Below, piece after piece: positions 24,144-27,659 of a stretch of DNA of 27,659 nucleotides (within the stretch, counting starts at the first letter, position 1; each line of letters starts with the position of its first letter). The position numbers were made by a program, and so were the translations under genes. The DNA is from a virus (Duplodnaviria > Caudoviricetes): IMG/VR virus record IMGVR_UViG_3300005573_001228, positions 1-27,659 of that record; one strand, written 5' to 3'. The notes below the pieces were generated by a model, which saw nothing but the letters and a program-made list of their open reading frames with translations, did no database searches and had not been told where the DNA came from.

Positions 24144-24989
24144 TTATGCGATGGTTAATGTTTTAGCTGTCCAACTAAGTTTTTGCGGTATAACGTCGGT
24201 TGGGCGTATTGTTAAGCGTCCAGTGTCAAATTTCACATTGTTGAAAGTGAAAGTGTTTGTGCCTATGGTTATTTTTAATGTTGCTTGTTCTGTTGCGCTT
24301 GTTAGGGCCGACATAAGTGTGTTGCTCATGTAGGCTGCGGTTAATTCGCCACTGTATTCTCTTTGTCTTTCCACAAGATACTTCAATAAATCGCCGCTTG
24401 TTGTTGTTATAACTGGGTAACGTTCCATGTTGTTGTTTATGCGGAAGCTCCAGTCTGTTACGCCGTCGATTTCTATGCCAGATGGAATTTCAATTTTGGT
24501 GTCATACCATGTTTTCGGCACCGTAGCTGGGTCATTTGCGTATGTTGCTCCTGTCGGATGACTTGTGCCTATTGCTACATCTTTAGCTATTACCGTTGGT
24601 TTAACAGTTACTAAATTGTTAACGCTTGCACTTACTTCCACATTGTTTATCATTCCGCCCCTATGAAGGTAACTGTGTATTGTTGTGCCGTCATCCGTGA
24701 AAACTTCAAGGCTGAAATCGTTAAGCGTGTTTGCAAAGTTTAAGAAAGTGTTGTTTTGGTAAGCGTATTCGAAGCTTATTTCCACCTTAAACAAACCTTT
24801 AATGATGTAGCTTAAGTCTCTGCTGCCAATTCCACGCAGTTTTATCAAGCTACGGTCGTAGCTTGGCTCCACATTCTGCACTACTCCAATCCATTGAAAC
24901 GCTGGGTTTGCTGGTGTTGTGCCATAGGTTGCTTCTTCCACATAGTATGCTTTTGCAATTGCACCTGTAATCGGCTTACTGTATGACAA
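24144..24989 (-). CDS. Major tail tube protein
   Basis: YVEEATYGTTP, WSFRINNNME and REYSGELT motifs typical of siphoviral tube proteins. Confidence 0.8.
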   Translation of the reverse strand: MSYSKPITGAIAKAYYVEEATYGTTPANPAFQWIGVVQNVEPSYDRSLIKLRGIGSRDLSYIIKGLFKVEISFEYAYQNNTFLNFANTLNDFSLEVFTDDGTTIHSYLHRGGMINNVEVSASVNNLVTVKPTVIAKDVAIGTSHPTGATYANDPATVPKTWYDTKIEIPSGIEIDGVTDWSFRINNNMERYPVITTTSGDLLKYLVERQREYSGELTAAYMSNTLMSALTSATEQATLKITIGTNTFTFNNVKFDTGRLTIRPTDVIPQKLSWTAKTLTIA

Positions 24990-25374
24990 CTTTATTCATT
25001 CCTCCTTCAAATTCTTTTTCGATTTGTTCTTTCAAACTTAAATATTTACCATAAAATCCTTGCTCATAACGTTCTATCATAACATGACACAAAGGGCAAA
25101 CCCAAATCCCCTTCCTCATATCATTATCATCCCAATGATGATAAACTAATCTGGAACCGTTATGCTCGCATATTTCACAAATCCCTGGATATGAACGTTT
25201 TTTTACACGATATGCTTTTTTATTGGTAAATAAAATATTGTTTCGATGCCAATCCTTTTGGTATATAAGTCGTTTTTGCCTATACTCCCTAAATTTGTCT
25301 TTATGAGTTTGATAATAAAGTCTGTTACGTTGCCTAAGCCTTTCTTTTTGTTCTAAATTCTCTATTTTTAACAT
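24976..25374 (-). CDS. Free-standing HNH-like endonuclease
   Basis: CEIC...LVYHHWD...WVCPLCH; basic N-terminus; AT-rich. Confidence 0.7.
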   Translation of the reverse strand: MLKIENLEQKERLRQRNRLYYQTHKDKFREYRQKRLIYQKDWHRNNILFTNKKAYRVKKRSYPGICEICEHNGSRLVYHHWDDNDMRKGIWVCPLCHVMIERYEQGFYGKYLSLKEQIEKEFEGGMNKVVIQ

Positions 25375-25375
25375 A

Positions 25376-25813
25376 TCAACTTCCCTTTGCGTGAAAATAA
25401 ACGCATGTTACGAGAAGCGTTAGGCGAAGCATGTTTTCCGCTTCAACTTGAATAGGTTCACGGCTTAAAAATGCAAAACTGACACCTGTTATGCTTGTTT
25501 GGTAACTGTGAATTATTCGGCGAATCTCATTCTGCAAAATCGTGCGCTTATCATAAGCCCCAGAAACCGAAGCCTTAACCGCCACATCAACCGTCACAAC
25601 CTCTTCAACCCGCCACCAACTATGACTAATCGGACGGCTTGTAGTGGCTCCTGGACTATAAACTGCTATCAAATAATTTTTTGTGCCGCTTTTCGCCCAC
25701 AAAGCAACATCAACACGGTTAACCGTCCATTGAATATCATTTTTGCTAACGCCTACGCTATCATTCCAATTGTTGAAAAGGCAGGTTTCGACATTTTGCG
25801 CTATGGAAGTCAT
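25376..25813 (-). CDS. Probable tail terminator/neck protein (start MTSIAQ)
   Basis: GGTGA RBS; position upstream of tail tube; VTVDV...EIRRII pattern. Confidence 0.6.
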   Translation of the reverse strand: MTSIAQNVETCLFNNWNDSVGVSKNDIQWTVNRVDVALWAKSGTKNYLIAVYSPGATTSRPISHSWWRVEEVVTVDVAVKASVSGAYDKRTILQNEIRRIIHSYQTSITGVSFAFLSREPIQVEAENMLRLTLLVTCVYFHAKGS

Positions 25814-25879
25814 ATCATTTTCACCAAGCAAGGAAAAAAGAAAAAATGAGGCTAAAACAAACAAAAGAAAAGGGAGTTT

Positions 25880-26035
25880 TCAGCCAACAATAATTATTTT
25901 GTTTCCATCAATTTTTACTATAACTTTGTCGCCAACTTTTAATGGAAACGCAGAATCTTGCACGAGTGTTTTTGGCAGGCGAACCGCCACAGTGTATTTG
26001 CCAACCTTAAAAACGCGCCCCTCACCCTCAAGCAT
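25880..26035 (-). CDS. AbrB/MazE-type DNA-binding protein (start MLEGEG)
   Basis: KVGKYTVAVRLPK...LKVGDKVIVKIDGNKIII. Confidence 0.78.
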   Translation of the reverse strand: MLEGEGRVFKVGKYTVAVRLPKTLVQDSAFPLKVGDKVIVKIDGNKIIIVG

Positions 26036-26165
26036 GTTCTTTCCCCCTATGTATGCGTCGACATAATCGGTCATCAAAATCGCAGGTCTTCACATTATCG
26101 TTCCTCGGGTCGTAATTACACATGTTGCATAACCATCTTGGCGCAAAACTACATTTGCCACACAT
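26028..26165 (-). CDS. Small Cys-rich protein (45 aa)
   Basis: AGGTGA RBS; MCGKCSFAPRWLCNMC... Confidence 0.45.
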   Translation of the reverse strand: MCGKCSFAPRWLCNMCNYDPRNDNVKTCDFDDRLCRRIHRGKEHA

Positions 26166-26176
26166 TACACGTCACC

Positions 26177-26428
26177 TTAAATTTGCTTGCGAAAAACTAT
26201 TGTCCGCTCGTGCGGATTTGCAAATATGCGCCAGTTCCAATATTGCTGCTTTAAAACTTCTGCTGCGAGCACCACGTCCTGTCGACTTATGTTTCCACTG
26301 TATGTAACGTATTTCATCTCGTTGTGGACTTTTTCTTCGATTTTTGTTAACTCAACTTTCCAATCGCGTGGAGGTCTCCCAACTTTTATTGTTACTTCCA
26401 ATTTTTCTGGGAGGTTTGTGTTTGTCAT
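26177..26428 (-). CDS. Hypothetical protein
   Basis: GAGG RBS; downstream of tandem TATA boxes. Confidence 0.55.
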   Translation of the reverse strand: MTNTNLPEKLEVTIKVGRPPRDWKVELTKIEEKVHNEMKYVTYSGNISRQDVVLAAEVLKQQYWNWRIFANPHERTIVFRKQI

Positions 26429-26454
26429 TTTTTCTTCCTCACTTTTACTATTAG

Positions 26455-26501
26455 CTTTACCAGTATTTAAGCTTTTCGTTTTACCCTATTTAAATCTTTC
26501 G
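26455..26501 (-). promoter_or_regulatory. Tandem BRE-TATA promoters
   Basis: Minus strand CGAAAGATTTAAATAGGGTAAAA followed by CGAAAAGCTTAAATACTGGTAAAG. Confidence 0.6.
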
Positions 26502-26539
26502 CTTCCACAGGGAGAGGGGGGGGTAAGCACTTAAACCCC

Positions 26540-26779
26540 TTAAGATTTAGCCGAATCAATCAGTTTCTGAAGCCAAACCGTTATGGCTGTAGGCCCAACC
26601 AAAGCCGTGTAAACGTCAAAAGTTAAACCAGCCATATCAAGACCCAACGCTGAAAGCGCTGCTATTGCGGCTGTTCGCAGAAACTTTTTCCAACTGAAAG
26701 GCTTGTCCTGTGCTGAGTAGCCTAAGAAAGCGTAGATGAGGCCTGCAACCACTCCTAACGCAACATTAAAAACGTTCAT
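26540..26779 (-). CDS. Small membrane protein, holin-like
   Basis: GGAGGTGA RBS; 2-3 hydrophobic helices; FSWKKFLRT motif. Confidence 0.6.
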   Translation of the reverse strand: MNVFNVALGVVAGLIYAFLGYSAQDKPFSWKKFLRTAAIAALSALGLDMAGLTFDVYTALVGPTAITVWLQKLIDSAKS

Positions 26780-26805
26780 TTATGTTTTCACCTCCGTTTA
26801 AATTT

Positions 26806-27444
26806 TTATCCTACACTTGTAAGCGGACGCCGAGCGCTAAGTTGAAACATGAGCCTCTGTGCTCTTTCCTGAAGCATTTTCCATTGTAACCCATAGGGGC
26901 CGTCTTTTGGATATTCTGCGCTTAAGTCGCCAACCTGGTAACTTTGCAGTTGAGGCCCGCTTAAATATGCGATGACGGCAAGGGCTGCAAGTGAGGCGCT
27001 TAAGTCTTTAACGTAGGTTGGCACGGTTGTGTAGCCCCAAGTGTAAGTGACACGGTAACGTTTCAGCCCGTCAAGCCGAAGCTTGTAAAAGCGAATTTCG
27101 CCACGTTCAGCATAAAACTCGTAAGTTTGCATTGTTGGATACTCGTTTGGTTTGCCCTCTACCGTATCATTTTTCCATTGTGTGCCGTCCCAATATTCAA
27201 CTTGGCTTATGCTGATTACTGGATGATGATTTAACATTATCAAGCCAGCTCTGGGCCCATAGCCTATTCCATCATAATATTCAACCGTGTCATTGTGCAA
27301 GTTCCAGTCGTGACCGCAGAAACTGTCGATGAAAGCGTCCGCATCAATTATGAAACTTGCAACCGTGTCATTTGTGGGATTGCTTGAACTGGTGAATGTC
27401 ATTCCTAAAAGTTTGCCAACGTCTGAATATGTTGAATACGCCAT
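26806..27444 (-). CDS. Head-tail adaptor (SPP1 gp15/HK97 gp6-like; start MAYSTY)
   Basis: MAYST..DV, ADAFIDSFC, VTYTWGY..VP and SYQVGDLS motifs. Confidence 0.8.
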   Translation of the reverse strand: MAYSTYSDVGKLLGMTFTSSSNPTNDTVASFIIDADAFIDSFCGHDWNLHNDTVEYYDGIGYGPRAGLIMLNHHPVISISQVEYWDGTQWKNDTVEGKPNEYPTMQTYEFYAERGEIRFYKLRLDGLKRYRVTYTWGYTTVPTYVKDLSASLAALAVIAYLSGPQLQSYQVGDLSAEYPKDGPYGLQWKMLQERAQRLMFQLSARRPLTSVG

Positions 27445-27448
27445 TTTT

Positions 27449-27652
27449 TCACCCTTCCAAAACATTCAATAACTCATGAATGCGATTATATGAAGGAATA
27501 ACCAGACGGCTGAGATGAGGATGCAAAACTTCTTCAACTTGCCGCATAACTTGTGTGGTGGGATTTTTCGGAACATTCAATATTAAAGGGCTCTGCGTTA
27601 AATCCGCACGGTGCTGGAGCCTATAAGACTGTTTAGGATGGAAACCCGCCAT
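27449..27652 (-). CDS. Hypothetical protein, possibly 5'-truncated
   Basis: ORF at the right edge, directly upstream of the adaptor gene. Confidence 0.4.
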   Translation of the reverse strand: MAGFHPKQSYRLQHRADLTQSPLILNVPKNPTTQVMRQVEEVLHPHLSRLVIPSYNRIHELLNVLEG

Positions 27653-27659
27653 TATGCCC

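Overview
This window is a tailed (Caudoviricetes, siphovirus-like) temperate archaeal virus, nearly all on the minus strand and probably a complete or near-complete circularly permuted genome. It has packaging/head genes (terS, terL, portal, prohead protease, MCP), a glycosyltransferase/radical-SAM block, neck and tail genes, a divergent control region, a tyrosine integrase and a P-loop replication ATPase. The archaeal assignment rests on GGTGA RBSs, BRE/TATA promoters and bulge-helix-bulge (BHB) motifs; a Bathyarchaeia host is only a guess. The main result is heavy use of BHB RNA motifs, the substrate of the host tRNA-splicing endonuclease. (1) The portal gene has three and the MCP gene two 29-32-nt BHB micro-introns. 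Canonical excision restores continuous 529-aa and 331-aa ORFs. (2) A TasA-like Nop-domain gene carries a TIGR-like array of six dual 9-nt-spacer units in its 3' end. The units are packaged in pairs as three 85-nt BHB introns, suggesting guide RNAs released, possibly as circles, by tRNA-type splicing. All calls come from manual reading; no database searches or folding programs were run.
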